Part shown: piece after piece, positions 1 through 13,249 of the stretch
How the letters are laid out: every line of letters begins with the position of its first letter
Position numbering within the stretch: position 1 is the first letter of the stretch
NCBI GenBank assembly: GCA_951406725.2
Contig: OX597821.1
Span: 47,802,001-47,866,000 of the forward strand
Direction: 5' to 3'
DNA from: Octopus vulgaris
Lineage: Eukaryota
DNA length: 64,000 nt
The notes under the pieces: model-generated
What the model saw: the letters and a program-made list of their open reading frames with translations, nothing else
Databases searched by the model: none
Told to the model about the DNA's origin: nothing
Position numbers and translations under genes: made by a program

Positions 1-104
1 ACCCCTTATTCCTTCGAAATTAGGAATATGCACCCTTCGAAACATATGTTGAGAATAAAGGAATTTTGTTAAATCATCGTTCAACTCCATTCTTTCATTT
101 ATTT

Positions 105-158
<54 letters not shown>

Positions 159-225
159 ACACACATATATAAATATATACATATATATATATACATACAT
201 ATAATACATACATATAGATATATAT

Positions 226-300
226 TCTTTTATTCTTTTGTTTCAGTCATTTGACTGCGGCCATGCTGGAGCATCACCTTTAGTCAATGGGGACATAAAC
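226..300 (-). mobile_element. 3' fragment of the abundant tRNA-derived SINE (family A)
   Basis: Reverse complement of the family A tail: GGTGATGCTCCAGCATGGCCGCAGTCAAATGACTGAAAC followed by an AAAAGAATAAAAG tail. Confidence 0.75.
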
Positions 301-973
301 AAGACAATGGGAGAAAAGCCAGTGATGTTGCTTGTATAATCCCAGCAGAGCAGTGACTATTACACATAGCCAAGGGTCAAATAGGCAGCAAAAGAGCAAA
401 CTCTTGAGGTGCCTGAGGACCAAATCTAAAAGACAAAAAGGATCAATGGTCCTTTTCAAGCCCTAGGATTATAAGCCTTGTTTTTCAGATTCTGTGGCAT
501 ATGTATTTCTTCTGACCCTAGATGAGATGCCACTTCATTACAAGATTACTCACTCTTGCCAGCTAAGTGGAATGAAGTGTTTTGCCTAAGATCACAGTGC
601 ATCACCTTGTCCAAGAATCAAAACCACAATGTTATGATCATGTGTGCAACTCCCTAGCCATATTCCACATACCACCAATTAAGGGCCAAATGCTGACATT
701 AAATTAAGGGAAATTAAGGTGAACTTCACTAAAGGTATCCAAAGACAAAATATATATAGGACAAAATTAGTGCTAAACTGGGTGCCATATTAATTGCACC
801 ACTCCAAAACAAGAGACTACCCCTACGTGACTTTCATGTCATTTCCTGTTACTCACAGATCTTTAGGTCAACCCTAGCCTTTGTGCAGTCAAGTGGAACC
901 CAATGGCATGGGATTATGAAAAAACCTGCTTAATCACATGACCACATTAAACATTAAAAGGGTCTCTTTTCAC

Positions 974-1124
974 TTCTTCTTCCCCTTCTTCTTCTTCTTC
1001 TTCTTCTTCTTCTTCTTCTTCTTCTTCTTCTTCTTCTTCTTCTTCTCCTCCTCCTCCTCCTCATTTTCATTTTCTTTCGCTGCTGCTGCTTCTGCGCTTT
1101 ATTTTGTATAAATGTTTCTATGGA

Positions 1125-1175
<51 letters not shown>

Positions 1176-1197
1176 AAGAAAGAAAGAAAGAGAGAGA
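974..1197. repeat. (TTC)n/(TCC)n and (GA)n microsatellites
   Basis: Directly visible simple repeats. Confidence 0.95.
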
Positions 1198-1605
1198 GCA
1201 TGTGTGTATGTATGTGTGAGTGTATGCATATTTATGAATATTTACACTCAAATAATTTATTTCTTCACCTAAATATATTATTGATGTATGTTATTACTGC
1301 CAGTGATCAGGATACAACTGCTGCTGCTGCTGCTGCTACTGATTGTTGTGATACTGATGATGGTGGCATTGATGGTGCAGCTACTATGACTACTGCTGTC
1401 AGTGCTAACATGTTATGTTGCTGTTTGTATGGCTGTTGTTATTGTTTCACATATAACTTACATATAACTGTAACACTAAATGTTGACAGCCATGAGAAAA
1501 GAAATTGTGGTGTTTTATATTATTTGTAGTAATTCCCATTTTATTGAAGTGGTGTGTAACAGAATGTAAGTTTGATATAGAGGAGTGAAGTGCAGTTTGT
1601 GTAGT

Positions 1606-2012
1606 GGATCTTTTCGGTTTGAATGGCAGTTTTTAACATAATTTGTAGGTAACTAAACTTCGTATGCTGGTAGAATGTGTTTAGAAAACATCTTTTTCTC
1701 TTGGCTTTATTGAGAAAATTCTATAGTTTGTAAGATATTTGTTGTTGTTTTTCTTCAATTTCTGCAATTTCAACCAATCAGTGACATCTATTGAGTTAAA
1801 AAGCATTCTGTGCCGTATGAATATGTCCCTCGCTTAAGAAACAGATTGGGTTTATTTACATTTGTGAAGAGAAAAAAAGATACCCTCCCCCCCCACCCTA
1901 ACCAACCCTAAAACAGATTGAAATGCAATAGATCGATACTAGGGTCATAATTATGGGTGACAATTTCATATGACACCGCTAGAAAAAACTGCCGCTCAAA
2001 CCGAAAAGATCC
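1606..2012. mobile_element. MITE (non-autonomous DNA transposon) with ~29-bp TIRs and an 8-bp TSD
   Basis: TIRs GGATCTTTTCGGTTTGAATGGCAGTTTTT / AAAAACTGCCGCTCAAACCGAAAAGATCC; flanks TGTGTAGT (1598-1605) and TGTATAGT (2013-2020). Confidence 0.85.
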
Positions 2013-2099
2013 TGTATAGTTTGTATTGTGTGTTGTGAAGTGTTGTGTTACACAAAGAATCAAACTTCAACTGGGTGTTGCAACATTTTGAAATTTAAG

Positions 2100-2451
2100 T
2101 GCAGGCATGGCTGTGTGATAAGAAGTTTCTTTCCAAACGACATGGTTCCAGTTTCAGTCCCACCACATGGCACCTTGGGCAAGTGCCTTCTACTATAGTC
2201 TCAGACCAACCAAAGCCTTGTGAGTTAATTTGGTAGATGGAAACTGAGAGAAGCCTGTCTCACACACACACACACACACACATATGTAAAGTACCAAAGC
2301 TGGTTCCTTCAGACGGTGTGTTATAAGAGTTAAAGGAAATTTACCATAAAATGCAATATCTGAAAGAACAAGCCTTGGCATTTTACATAAAGAAATTCAG
2401 TATCTGCATGGATATTAAATCCCTCCTCTAACTCTGTGTGTGTGTGTGTGT

Positions 2452-2505
<54 letters not shown>

Positions 2506-2720
2506 GTCTGTGTTTGTCCTCCACCACCACTTGACAACTGGTGTTGGTGTGTTTACATCCCTGTAATTTAGCAGTTCAGCAAAAGAGATTATTGAATAAG
2601 TACAAGGCTTAAAATAAATAAATCCTGGAGTCAATTTGTTCACCTACAATCCTTCAAGGCAGTGCTCCAGCATGGCTGCAATTAAATGACTGAAACGAGT
2701 AAAAGATAAAAGATAAAAGA
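2100..2720 (+). mobile_element. SINE family A, with a ~150-bp insert in its internal microsatellite
   Basis: tRNA-like head GGCTGTGTGATAAG...GTTTCAGTCCC, conserved body, (CA)n-insert-(TG)n, and tail GGCAGTGCTCCAGCATGG...TGACTGAAAC. Confidence 0.85.
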
Positions 2721-2844
2721 CATATACAAAGTATCAGAATCTCCATGGAAACTACTGCTGTTATTGTTTTGCCCTGGGTTAACCTTTACCAAGAAGTTCT
2801 AATATGAAAAGTTGCTCCAGCATTGACCATTTCTTCTTTTACAC

Positions 2845-3517
2845 CAGTGGTTCTCAACTGGGATTCATATGATCCTTCAGGGTCCATATAAGATTTTGTT
2901 GTTAAAATTTATGTGCAGGTATGGCTGTGTGGTAAGAAGCTTGCTTCCTAACCACATGGTTCTGGATTTCGTCCCACTATGTGGCACCTTGGGAAAGTGT
3001 CTTCTACTATAGCCTCAGGCTGACCAAAGCCTTGTGAATGGATTTGGCTGATGGAAACTGAAAGAAGCTCATCGTATATATATGTATATATATATATATA
3101 TGTATATGTATTTATATATATGTGTCTTTATGTCTGTGTTTATTCCCCCACCATCACTTGACAATTGATGCTGATGTATTTACATAGCTGTAACATAGCA
3201 GTTCAGCAAATGTGTCTGATAAAATAAGTACCAGGTTTACAAAGAATAAGTCCTGTGGCTGATGTCTTCAACTAAAATAACTTTTTAAGGCAGTGCTCCA
3301 GTATGGTCACTGTCTAATGACAGAAACAAGTAAAAGGATAAAAGAATTAATTGGCTATGGTTCAACAATACATGAAATATTTTAAGAATTTTGTTGTACA
3401 ATTCCTAATAATATTTAATAAGAAAATATAATAGGACTTTTTTAAACATCGAATGGGTCCACTTGAAGAAAATAGGAATCAAAGGGATTTATAGGTAAAA
3501 ATGGCTGAGAACCTCAC
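2845..3517. mobile_element. hAT-like MITE carrying a nested SINE
   Basis: Termini CAGTGGTTCTCAAC ... GGCTGAGAACCTCAC; 8-bp TSD TTTTACAC on both sides (2837-2844, 3518-3525). Confidence 0.75.
2915..3345 (+). mobile_element. SINE family A nested in the hAT MITE
   Basis: Complete head, internal (TA)n and tail. Confidence 0.9.
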
Positions 3518-3964
3518 TTTTACACAATTGTACTGTGGTATGAGATTTGTGGGAAATGTAGCTGTTTTTTCTAATAGATTAGGTGGTCAACAATAATCAC
3601 ACCCTATTTGCATATGTGGTATTTATTGAAGCCATATAAGTTCACCCTCTCTATTGATTACACTGTCACGCTATGGAAGAGATAGCTGGCATTGATTTGA
3701 TAAAAAGTTAATGTACTGACCAGTCATTCTTCCCTATAACTGTTACCCACTGGTGGCCTCTTGTTGCCCGGATTAGCCAACAAACCTCAACCTACACAAT
3801 GATAACTGTATTGGTGTCACCAGTCAACAACAACACTGTAATCACCACCAACATCACCAACACTAACACTCCCATTAATCACCATCATTCACAACAGTCA
3901 TCAACCATCATCATCAGCACATATATATATATATATATAAATTAATATAAATATGCATGCATAA

Positions 3965-4125
3965 GCGCACGCGTGACTGTGTGGTAAGAAGCTTGTTTTC
4001 CAAACCACTTGGTTAGGGATTCAGTCCTGCTGCATGGTACCTTGGTAAGTGTCTTCTACTATAGCCTCAGGCTGACCAAAGCCTTCTGAGTGGATATGGT
4101 AGAAGGAAACTGAAAGAAGCCTGTC

Positions 4126-4185
<60 letters not shown>

Positions 4186-4392
4186 GTATATATTTATGTC
4201 TGTGTTTGTCCCCTCCACCATTGCTTGACAACCGATGCTGGTGTGTCTACATCCCTGTAGCTTTGGCAGAAGAGATCGATAGAATAAGAACCAGGCTTAC
4301 AAGGAATAAATCCAAGAGTTGATTTCTTCGACTAAAAGGCAGTGCTCCAGCATGGCCATAGTGAATTGACTAAGAGTAAAAGAATAAAAGAA
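3965..4392 (+). mobile_element. SINE family A
   Basis: Complete head, internal (TA)n and tail. Confidence 0.9.
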
Positions 4393-4806
4393 TATACATA
4401 GATACGCATACATATATACATACATATATACATACACCCACACACATATATATGTATATATACATAGACACACACATACACACACTCTCACAGACACATA
4501 TATATGTGTGGATGTATATACACACACACACACAATATACAAACACACACACACACACATATATAAATATATATATATAATGTTTACACGTATGTATTTG
4601 TATTTGTATGTGTACATCAGCAATTCAGATCTCCATAGATTCTGCAATGTTTTACTAATCAAGTTCCTATCGTGTCATTTCTCTGAATATTTTATTCTAT
4701 TTCTATTTTTGATAGCTTTCATGTTGTTGTTTTATAGATTTATAGCTATAGAAGTCATTGTCTGTATGATGGTTTATACTCATTCTCTACTCTTTCTCAT
4801 TCCTTC

Positions 4807-4843
<37 letters not shown>

Positions 4844-5099
4844 AGTATGTATATATATATACATACATACACATACATATTCATGTGTGTATGTATATAT
4901 ATATATATGTATGTATATTGGTATGTATGCATATATATATATGTGTATGTATGTATGTATGTATGTATGTATGTATGTATGTATGTATGTATATAGATAT
5001 ATATCTATATCTATGAATATGTACATATATATATGTATATATACATATATATTAGATATAGATATATATATTTATCTGTCTGTCTCTCTCTGTGTGTGT

Positions 5100-5130
<31 letters not shown>

Positions 5131-6331
5131 ATCATCATCATCATCATCGTTTAGCGTCCGTTTTCCATGCTAGCATGGGTTGGACGGTTCTACTGGGGTC
5201 TGTGAAGCCAGAAGGCTTCATCAGGCCCAGTCAAATCTGGCAGTGTTTCTACGGCTATATGCCCTTCCTAACGCCAACCACTCCGTGAGTGTAGTGGGTG
5301 CTTTTTACGTGCCACCTGCACAGGTGCCAGACAGCTGGCAAACGGCCACGAATGGATGGTGCTTTTTATGTGCCACCGGCACGAGGCCAGTCGGGGCGGT
5401 GCTGGCAACGGTCGCGAAACGGAAGGTTCTCTTACATGCCACCGGCACTGGTAACACATCTGCAATTTCCATTGATCGATTTCCATTGATCGATTTCGAT
5501 TCTGATCCTCACTTGCCTCAACGGGTCTTCACAAGTAGAGTTTCGACATGCCACCGGCACTGGTAACACATCTGCAATTTCCATTGATCGATTTCGATTC
5601 TGATCCTGACTTGCCTCAACAGGTCTTCACAAGTAGAGTTTGTGTCCCAAGAAGGGAAGGTATGCATACGTAGGCTGGCTCCATCCCATGTAGAAGGCCA
5701 CGGGTTATGGACTCACTTGTCTTGCCGGGTCTTCTCGCGCACATCACACTTCCAGAGGTCTCGGTCTCTAGTCATTTCCTCAGTGAGACCTAAAGTTCGA
5801 AGGTCGTGCTTCACCACCTCGTCCCAGGTTTTCCTGGGTCTGCCTCTTCCGCAGGTTCTCTCAACAGCTAGGGTGTGGCACTTTTTCACACAACTATCTT
5901 CATCCATTCTCGCCACATGACCATACCAGCGCAAACGTCTCTCTTGCACACCACAACTGATGCTTCTTAGGTCCAGCTTTTCTCTCAAGGTACTTACACT
6001 CTGCCGAGTATGAGTACTGACATTACACATCCATCGGAGGATACTGGCTTCATTTCTTGCGAGCTTACGCATATCCTCAGCAGTCACGGCCCATGTTTCA
6101 CTGCCATGTAGCATGGCTGTTCGTACACACACATCATACACTGCCTTTCACTCTGTGCGAGAGGCCTTTTGTCACCAGCAGAGGTAAGAGCTCTCTGAAC
6201 TTTGCCCAAGCTATTCTTACTCTAGCAGTTACACTTTCAGCACACCCGCCCCCGCTGCTGACTTGGTCACCTAGGTAACGGAAACTATCAACTATTTCTA
6301 GTTTTTCTCCCTGGAAAGTGACGGAAGTTGG

Positions 6332-6332
<1 letters not shown>
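5131..6332 (-). mobile_element. 5'-truncated RTE-clade LINE with a long 3' UTR and (GAT)n tail
   Basis: C-terminal ORF with RTE motifs (HGSETW, RRLRWYGHVARM, GRGRPRKTW); the 3' UTR matches 38580-39058. Confidence 0.9.
5713..6330 (-). pseudogene. C-terminal part of RTE LINE reverse transcriptase ORF (truncated, frameshifted near 6141)
   Basis: ORF 5713..6141 carries RTE C-terminal motifs; a YLG-type thumb sequence lies upstream in another frame. Confidence 0.85.
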
Positions 6333-6363
<31 letters not shown>

Positions 6364-6389
6364 AATCCAAGTACACAGTATTAATAGAT

Positions 6390-6750
6390 CCATTATCACC
6401 AATCATACCAACTGGTTTCACACCAGATCTTAAATCAGTGCATGTTTATTACCTAATAAAATATAGTTGTCAGTGAAAGGAGGTATGGAAAAATGATTAC
6501 TATTCTACCTGCTATCTCTGATGAGTATATTTTATTAGGTAATCTTCCAATTAACTACTATCTGGTATGAAACCAATTGGTCAGGTTGATTGTAATATAT
6601 CTACAAACTGTATACATTTTGAATTATATCCTTATATATTCACTCCACTGACAAATATATGAGTGCCTATTTTATCTCTCTAATGCATTTAAACTAACAT
6701 AAATTTGAAAATTTATGAGTTTATACCTCTAAGTTGATACTGATTAGTGC
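6390..6750 (+). mobile_element. Penelope-like non-autonomous remnant with an inverted segment and a hammerhead-like motif (6514-6586)
   Basis: 6408-6465 is inverted relative to 6525-6581; motif ATCT-CTGATGA...GAAA-CCAATTGG-TC-AGGT. Confidence 0.55.
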
Positions 6751-6754
6751 TATA

Positions 6755-6917
6755 GACGCAGGAGTGGCTGTGTGGTAAGTAGCTTGGTTACCAACCACAT
6801 GGTTCCTAGTTCAGCCACACTGCGTGTCACCTTGGGCAAGTGTCTTCTACTATAGCCTCGGGCCGACCAAAGCCTTGTGAGTGGATTTGGTAGACAGAAA
6901 CTGAAAGAAGCCCGTCG

Positions 6918-6982
<65 letters not shown>

Positions 6983-7195
6983 CTGTATACGTTTATGTGT
7001 CTGTGTTTGTCCCCCCAACATCGCTTGACAACTGATGCTGGTGTATTTACGTCCCCGTAACTTAACGGTTCGGCAAAAGTGACTGATAGAATAAGTACTA
7101 GGCTTACAAAGAATGAGTCCTGGGGTCGATTTGCTCGACTAAAGATGGTGCTCCAGCATGGCCACAGTCGAATGACTGAAACAAGTAAAAGAATA
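6755..7195 (+). mobile_element. SINE family A
   Basis: Near-consensus full copy. Confidence 0.92.
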
Positions 7196-7479
7196 TTCTT
7201 TACAGTCTCACTTCACAATCCACTCTTGTTGTTGGACATTGTGTAGTCCCACCCACTTTACATTTCTGAAATGTTGGTAATTCGCATGTTGATGATCTGT
7301 TGATTAATCAACATATCACTTGTTTACTTGGTTATTTGGTTGGCCAGGTGAGTTGAGAATTGCTTATGGATGTTGAGCATACTACATACTTGACTGCATT
7401 ATGTTTATGTCACAATAAAGAATTTTAATGAAACAATTGTAGCAATTCTGAATAACCCAGTCTTCTGTTTTTAATATAT

Positions 7480-7695
7480 CATCATCATCATCATCATTCA
7501 ACATCTGTTCTCCATGCTGGCATGGGTTAGACAGTCTGACAGGTGCTGGCCAGCAGGGGAGCTGCCCAGGCTACATTTTGCCTGTTTTGGCATGGTTCCT
7601 ACAGCTTGATACCCTTCCTAATGCCAACCACATCACAGAGTGTACTGAACGCTTTTAATGACACTAGCATGGCTACTTTTATGTGGCACTGGCAC
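7480..7695 (-). mobile_element. Degraded RTE 3' UTR fragment next to a (TAA)n tract
   Basis: (CAT)n followed by TCCATGCTGGCATGGGTTAGAC...CCCTTCCTAATGCCAACCAC, similar to 5131-5310. Confidence 0.7.
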
Positions 7696-7707
7696 ATAAT
7701 AATGATG

Positions 7708-7750
<43 letters not shown>

Positions 7751-7752
7751 TA

Positions 7753-7832
<80 letters not shown>

Positions 7833-8689
7833 CACTCAAGGCGTACCATTCAGATAGTCGTATGGGCTGTGGTTTGCCCATGACTGATATAGAGGTACAA
7901 CCATGAGAACAGACAAATCGACCACTTCCTCCAATACCACCACCCCATTACCACCACCACGTCACCCCGACCTTGGAATGATGAAAAGGAAGATTAAATA
8001 TGGTAGGATTTGAACTCATAGCACAAAGGACAGCAAATGAAACACCCTGAAGCAGTTCGTTTAATGTTCCCCCACATCAGTGAACCCCAGCCCTCTGATA
8101 ACATCTGCTTCTAATGTGGGAACAAGGTGTGAAATATCAGGGAAAGAAAGAAAAGGGGCTTGGTTGATTGCCTACACCCCACCACCATTGCAGCAGGACT
8201 TGGATAGTACTTTTACATGGTACCAGTATGGGTACTTTTATATGGCACTAGCACAGGCGTTTTTCCGTGCCCACACACACATGCGACCAGCATAGGCTCT
8301 TTTATGTGGAACCAGCACAGTTGCTTTTACTAGGTACCAGCACCCACAAGGCCACAATCATCATCATCATCTTAATATCTACTTTTGCATGCTTGCATGA
8401 GTCAGGTTGATGACGAAGTTTTCAACAGTTTGCTGCTCTTTTTGTCACTCACCTTCACCTATTTCCAAGCAAGGTAAAAATTTTCCTTGGTCAGACATAG
8501 TCTTCATGGAAGATTGGAAAGGAACAACATCATCTGTTCAACAGTGATGATTATTTACAACCTTCCCTTGATGTCAAGACAAGGGTACCTACAAGCACAT
8601 ACACATGCACACACACACACATGGCACATTGCTGCCCACCACAACAGAATTGAGATCCTAAAACTGTCACATAAAAAAGCATTGATGTG

Positions 8690-8872
8690 AGTGCTGGTGT
8701 CACATAAAAAGAACTCAGTGCACTCTGTAAAGTGGTTGGCATTAAGAAGGGCATCCAGCCATAGAAGTCAAGCCAAAAGAAACTATGGAACCCTTGGCCT
8801 TACCAGTTCCTGTAAAGCCATCCACCCTGGCGTGTGGAAAACAGATGTTGAATGTTGACAATGATGATGATA
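8690..8872 (+). mobile_element. Degraded RTE 3' UTR fragment
   Basis: GTGGTTGGCATTAAGAAGGGCATCCAGCC ... GGAAAACAGATGTT plus (GAT)n. Confidence 0.65.
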
Positions 8873-9127
8873 AAGAGGCTTCTTTCAGTTTCTATCTACC
8901 AAATCTATTCACAAGGCTTTGGTTGGCTTGGGGCTATAGCTGAAGTCATTTACCCAAAATGGCAAACCATATGACTGAGCCTGGGATCCCATGGCTGGGA
9001 AGCAACCTTCTTAGCCATGCACCCACTCTAATTGTAAACCTTTTCCAAGTAAAAGTTCATAAATATTAAACTCAGCCAAAAAGTATTAAGTATCTTTCAA
9101 TTGAATGTTTCATTGTTTTATACATAC

Positions 9128-9173
<46 letters not shown>

Positions 9174-9229
9174 TCATCAGCATCATCATCATCAGCGGAT
9201 GTTAAACGATGATAATGATGATGACATAT

Positions 9230-9266
<37 letters not shown>

Positions 9267-9347
9267 TTTATATAATTTATATACATACATAAGCAAATGT
9301 AAATATATCCGCACATGTGTGTTTGTGTGAATGTATGTGTGTGTATG

Positions 9348-9387
<40 letters not shown>

Positions 9388-9909
9388 TACTTATATGTAT
9401 GCAACTCACCACCATTAAATCAATGTTGTTTATAAACTATTTAGTTCTATCTTAAACGTTAACAACTTTCAATGTTCTCGTCAAAGTAAAAAAACCCTCT
9501 TATTGAATACAACACCGATTTCATCTGTCTATAAATCAATTTAATGACTCGTTTATGTACAGGCTTTATTAAAGATTCTTTTGATGTGTTTGTTGTTGAA
9601 CAATAGTACACAGTTTATACATAGTCTTGTTGAGGAAATATTTCACAGAAATTGTGTCACTTGGTCAAATATAGTCATTAAATGTATGTTTTTATTTTCT
9701 AAGTTATTAAAGTAACATTAATTCAGTTTTAATTTTTAACAAATGTAATATAGTAATATTACATTTATTTTATTTGAATTTTTCCTATTTGAATAATAAT
9801 TATAGTGGGAGGATTTATGTTAGTCCAAAGAAAAGAAAAGAACTCCCATTTTTAAACTTTTAACCATTTGAATTAATTAATATATAGTTTAATTATATAA
9901 TAATGGTAT

Positions 9910-10075
9910 GTGCACTGCAAAATTGGTTGGTAGGGTGTCACACCAAATTGGTAGATTATTGCACCAAACTGGAAGAGTATCACACAAAATTGGTAGAATG
10001 ACATGCTGACTTGGTAGAATGTTGCACCAAAATTAGTAAAGTGTCATACTAAGTTGGTAATGTTGCACCTAATAA
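9910..10075. repeat. Degenerate ~22-bp minisatellite
   Basis: About 7 units resembling GCACCAAATTGGTAGAATGTT. Confidence 0.6.
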
Positions 10076-11058
10076 CTTTTGGTATTTTGTAAAATCTTAT
10101 TAAATCTTGGTGTTTATAAAAATGTATTGCAACTGATATAAGCAAGTAAGCCCCTCAAACTAGTGTTCTAATGTGGCCACAACTCAATGACTGAAACTAG
10201 TAAATAGCAATAAAATACTAAAATAATATTTGTTGTTGTTGTTGTTAAGCAGAGATCCTAGGAACATTCAACCAGAACATCATTGTACACAGCTCAACAT
10301 GGCAACAATACCAGTAGTCATAGTGTTACTAGCACAACTTAGTAACACTGGTCATGGCAACAGATATAGTGCAGTGAGACATGGTAAACCAGCTACAAGC
10401 ATATCAATTCAGATGCAGCCCCTGCTGTCAGCATAGATACCATCATACACGGCAGAAACCAACACAGCAATTATTAACACCATCAAGCAAAATGCAGCCA
10501 AGCTCACACAAGAACTGTCATCAACTTACCAAACTACTTTTTCCCCAATGACACAGATAATAGTTGTATCATAGCCAACACTTCTTACTAATGATACACC
10601 GCTATTCTATTAAAATATATGTTTCCATTACTCCCGGTGCACTATACACACACACACACACACACCACCACCACTACCACCACCACCACCACCACCACCA
10701 ACACCACACTACACATACGCATACACACACTGAGATAAATGTTTGCAAAACTTTTGAGCAATGCAGACGAAGAGTTGAAAAAATATGTAAGATCATACAA
10801 ATGAATGAAATCAAAGAGAAAAGATAATATAATGGGATGCAATATACTAGAATGTGTAACAAAGCATTTCCCAAAATTCTTTTGACTGTTTTCTTTCTTC
10901 TCTTCTAAAAAGGAATTTTTCTTGAAATTTTAAAAGGATTGTTAAAACTCAATTTATCCTTTTGCTTTTTTTTTTTCATTCATTGACACACCTTACATAT
11001 TTTGCTTTATTCCTCATACTCACTGCCCACAAGTTTTTGCAAGCAATTATCATACATA

Positions 11059-11362
11059 TTTGTTTGTTCCTTCTCGAGTCATGCCTGGCTCATAAGGGCC
11101 GGTTTCCCCGGTTTCTTGGCATATAGGTTCGCCACCTGGACGGGACGCCGGTCCATCGCAGGTGAGCTGCAAGAGGCAGGAGGAAAGAGTGAGAGAAAGT
11201 TGTGGTGAAAGAATCAGCAGAAGTTTCACCATTACTTTCTGCTGGAGCCACATGGAGCTTAGGTGTTTCACTCATAAACACACACATCGCCTAGTCTGAG
11301 ATTCGAACCCGCGATCCCTTGACTGCGAGTCCAATACTCAAACCACTAGGCCATGTGCCTCC
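11059..11362 (-). mobile_element. tRNA-derived SINE family B, tail type 1
   Basis: Head GGAGGCACATGGCCTAGTGGT...GGTTCGAATC; shared body CTTTCACCACAACTTTCTCTCACTCT; tail with CTGCGATGGACCGGCGTCCCGTCCAGG. Confidence 0.85.
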
Positions 11363-12347
11363 ACAATTACATTACATATGCTTATTGGAATGTTTTAAGC
11401 AAATCACAAAACTCATATACATGCATACATACATGAATACTCACATATGATTTGCACAAAAACCTTGCAATACTCAGTTTCATGGAGACAGAGCAAAAGA
11501 AACTAATGTGGGTTCTCCAAATCCAATCCATTAGCAACAAAGTGAAAATTTATAAGAGATTCCCAAATTTCTCCATCTGAAATATTAATGTGAACAGATG
11601 CAAAGACGTGGGTGCATGCAGTTCAATGAATGCACCAACTCAACCACATATTTACAAATACTGGTAACAATTTTAACTCATAAAGTCTTGTCGTTTTACT
11701 GGCGACCAGCCTGAATACTCTCAAAAAGACTTAAATAGAACTCAAATGCAAACATACACACATGTGTATACATATACACATATACATAACATAATGGTGA
11801 CCACTGTAGTCAGTCTGATACTCAGATGCTTGTAATTACTGCACAAACAAAGGCAACCTATCAAAATTTTAGGACAATAAAAATAAGAAAATAAGTGGAA
11901 ATTTTACTGGTGAGTGTGTTACATAATAAGGCACAAAAAGAAAATGACTCTCCCCAGACACAACAGATTACACACAAATATTTCTACATAAGTGTTTTAA
12001 ACATTACATGTGTTACAACATATCTATATAAACAATACACACAGCTTATCATATTTATATAAACACATAACTGTAATAATAGGAGTAGAAATTAATATTA
12101 TTAAATAATATTATCAGCAACTCTGGCCTTCTGCTATCTCAGATGTAATCACTAGTAATCAAGTACTGTAAATAATAAACTTCTGATTAGTTAATGTATG
12201 TAGTAGCCAATTTTTTTCATTTTATGCCCTACTATATTCAAACAGAAGTATATATATTAGAGAAATCAATATATCTGTAACAAGTTATATTAATCCTTAA
12301 AAATTGTACATATGATAGGAGGCTTCTGTTCGGACATCAAGACAATA

Positions 12348-12578
12348 CCTATTTCTTTACTACCCACAAGGGGCTAAACACAGAGAGGACAAACATCGAC
12401 TGACAAACTGATTAAGTCAATTATATCGACCTCAGTGCGTAACTGGTACTTATTTAATCGACCTCGAAAGGATGAAAGGTAAAGTTGACCTCGGCGGAAT
12501 TTGAACTCAGAAAGTAGCGGCAGACGAAATACTGCTAAGCATTTCGCCCGGCTTGCTAACGTTTCCGTCAGCTCGCCA
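12348..12578 (-). mobile_element. tRNA-derived SINE family C (Nin-like central domain)
   Basis: GGCGAGCTGACGGAAACGTTAGC...GAGTTCAAATTCC...CCTTTCATCCTTTCGAGGTCGATTAAATAAGTACCAG. Confidence 0.85.
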
Positions 12579-12952
12579 GAAATAAATGCCAGAAATACCC
12601 TGAAATTCACTGGAGGCAGCTTAATCACTTATTTAAAATACTGATCATTTACCCACTCATAAGTTTCATTCATTACCTTAGAATTTAAATTAGGATTTTG
12701 TCAAACTGTTAGATTTATCATGCTTGACATTAATTTAACAATTATAGGAAGTACTACAACAAACTTTCACCAAGATTATGCTGCAAGTTTGCTGAATTTA
12801 TGTTGCACCTCTACTAAACATCATAAAACGATGACTGAATCAATTTCTCTCCTTATTCTGTATTTATTTACCAAATCTCCTCATACAGGAGGTCATAAAT
12901 CTACTTTCTTGGCCAGAAAGTTTGTACTGGAGTTATTAGCTTAAATACTCAC

Positions 12953-13061
12953 CTGAGGCATTTCCATATCATTACTGGATAGTGACAGGAAAAGAATTAG
13001 AAAAAGATAAAATAGATGTCAATCAAAGCTAGATTCCAGAGTTATTCACCTGCTGCTGCAC
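12953..13061 (-). other. Candidate host exon (non-coding or 5' UTR/start exon)
   Basis: Acceptor ttgtttccatgtgtgtag and perfect donor CAG|GTGAGT; stops in all frames, ATGs near the 3' end. Confidence 0.3.
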
Positions 13062-13249
13062 CTACACACATGGAAACAACAGTAAATAATTAAATCTGGG
13101 TGGAAATTGTTAGACATTCCAAACAGGAAATTATCAATTAATCATCTCATATAATAAAGTTTCATTATATATGCATTATCACATGCAACTTGCCTCAGAG
13201 TTCTCTTTTAATAATGGGAGTCAAACTGACCTACTGTTGCTATTGCTGT

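Noticed and set aside
1888-1912. Interstitial telomere
   Set aside because: Only about two imperfect CCCTAA units, inside a MITE
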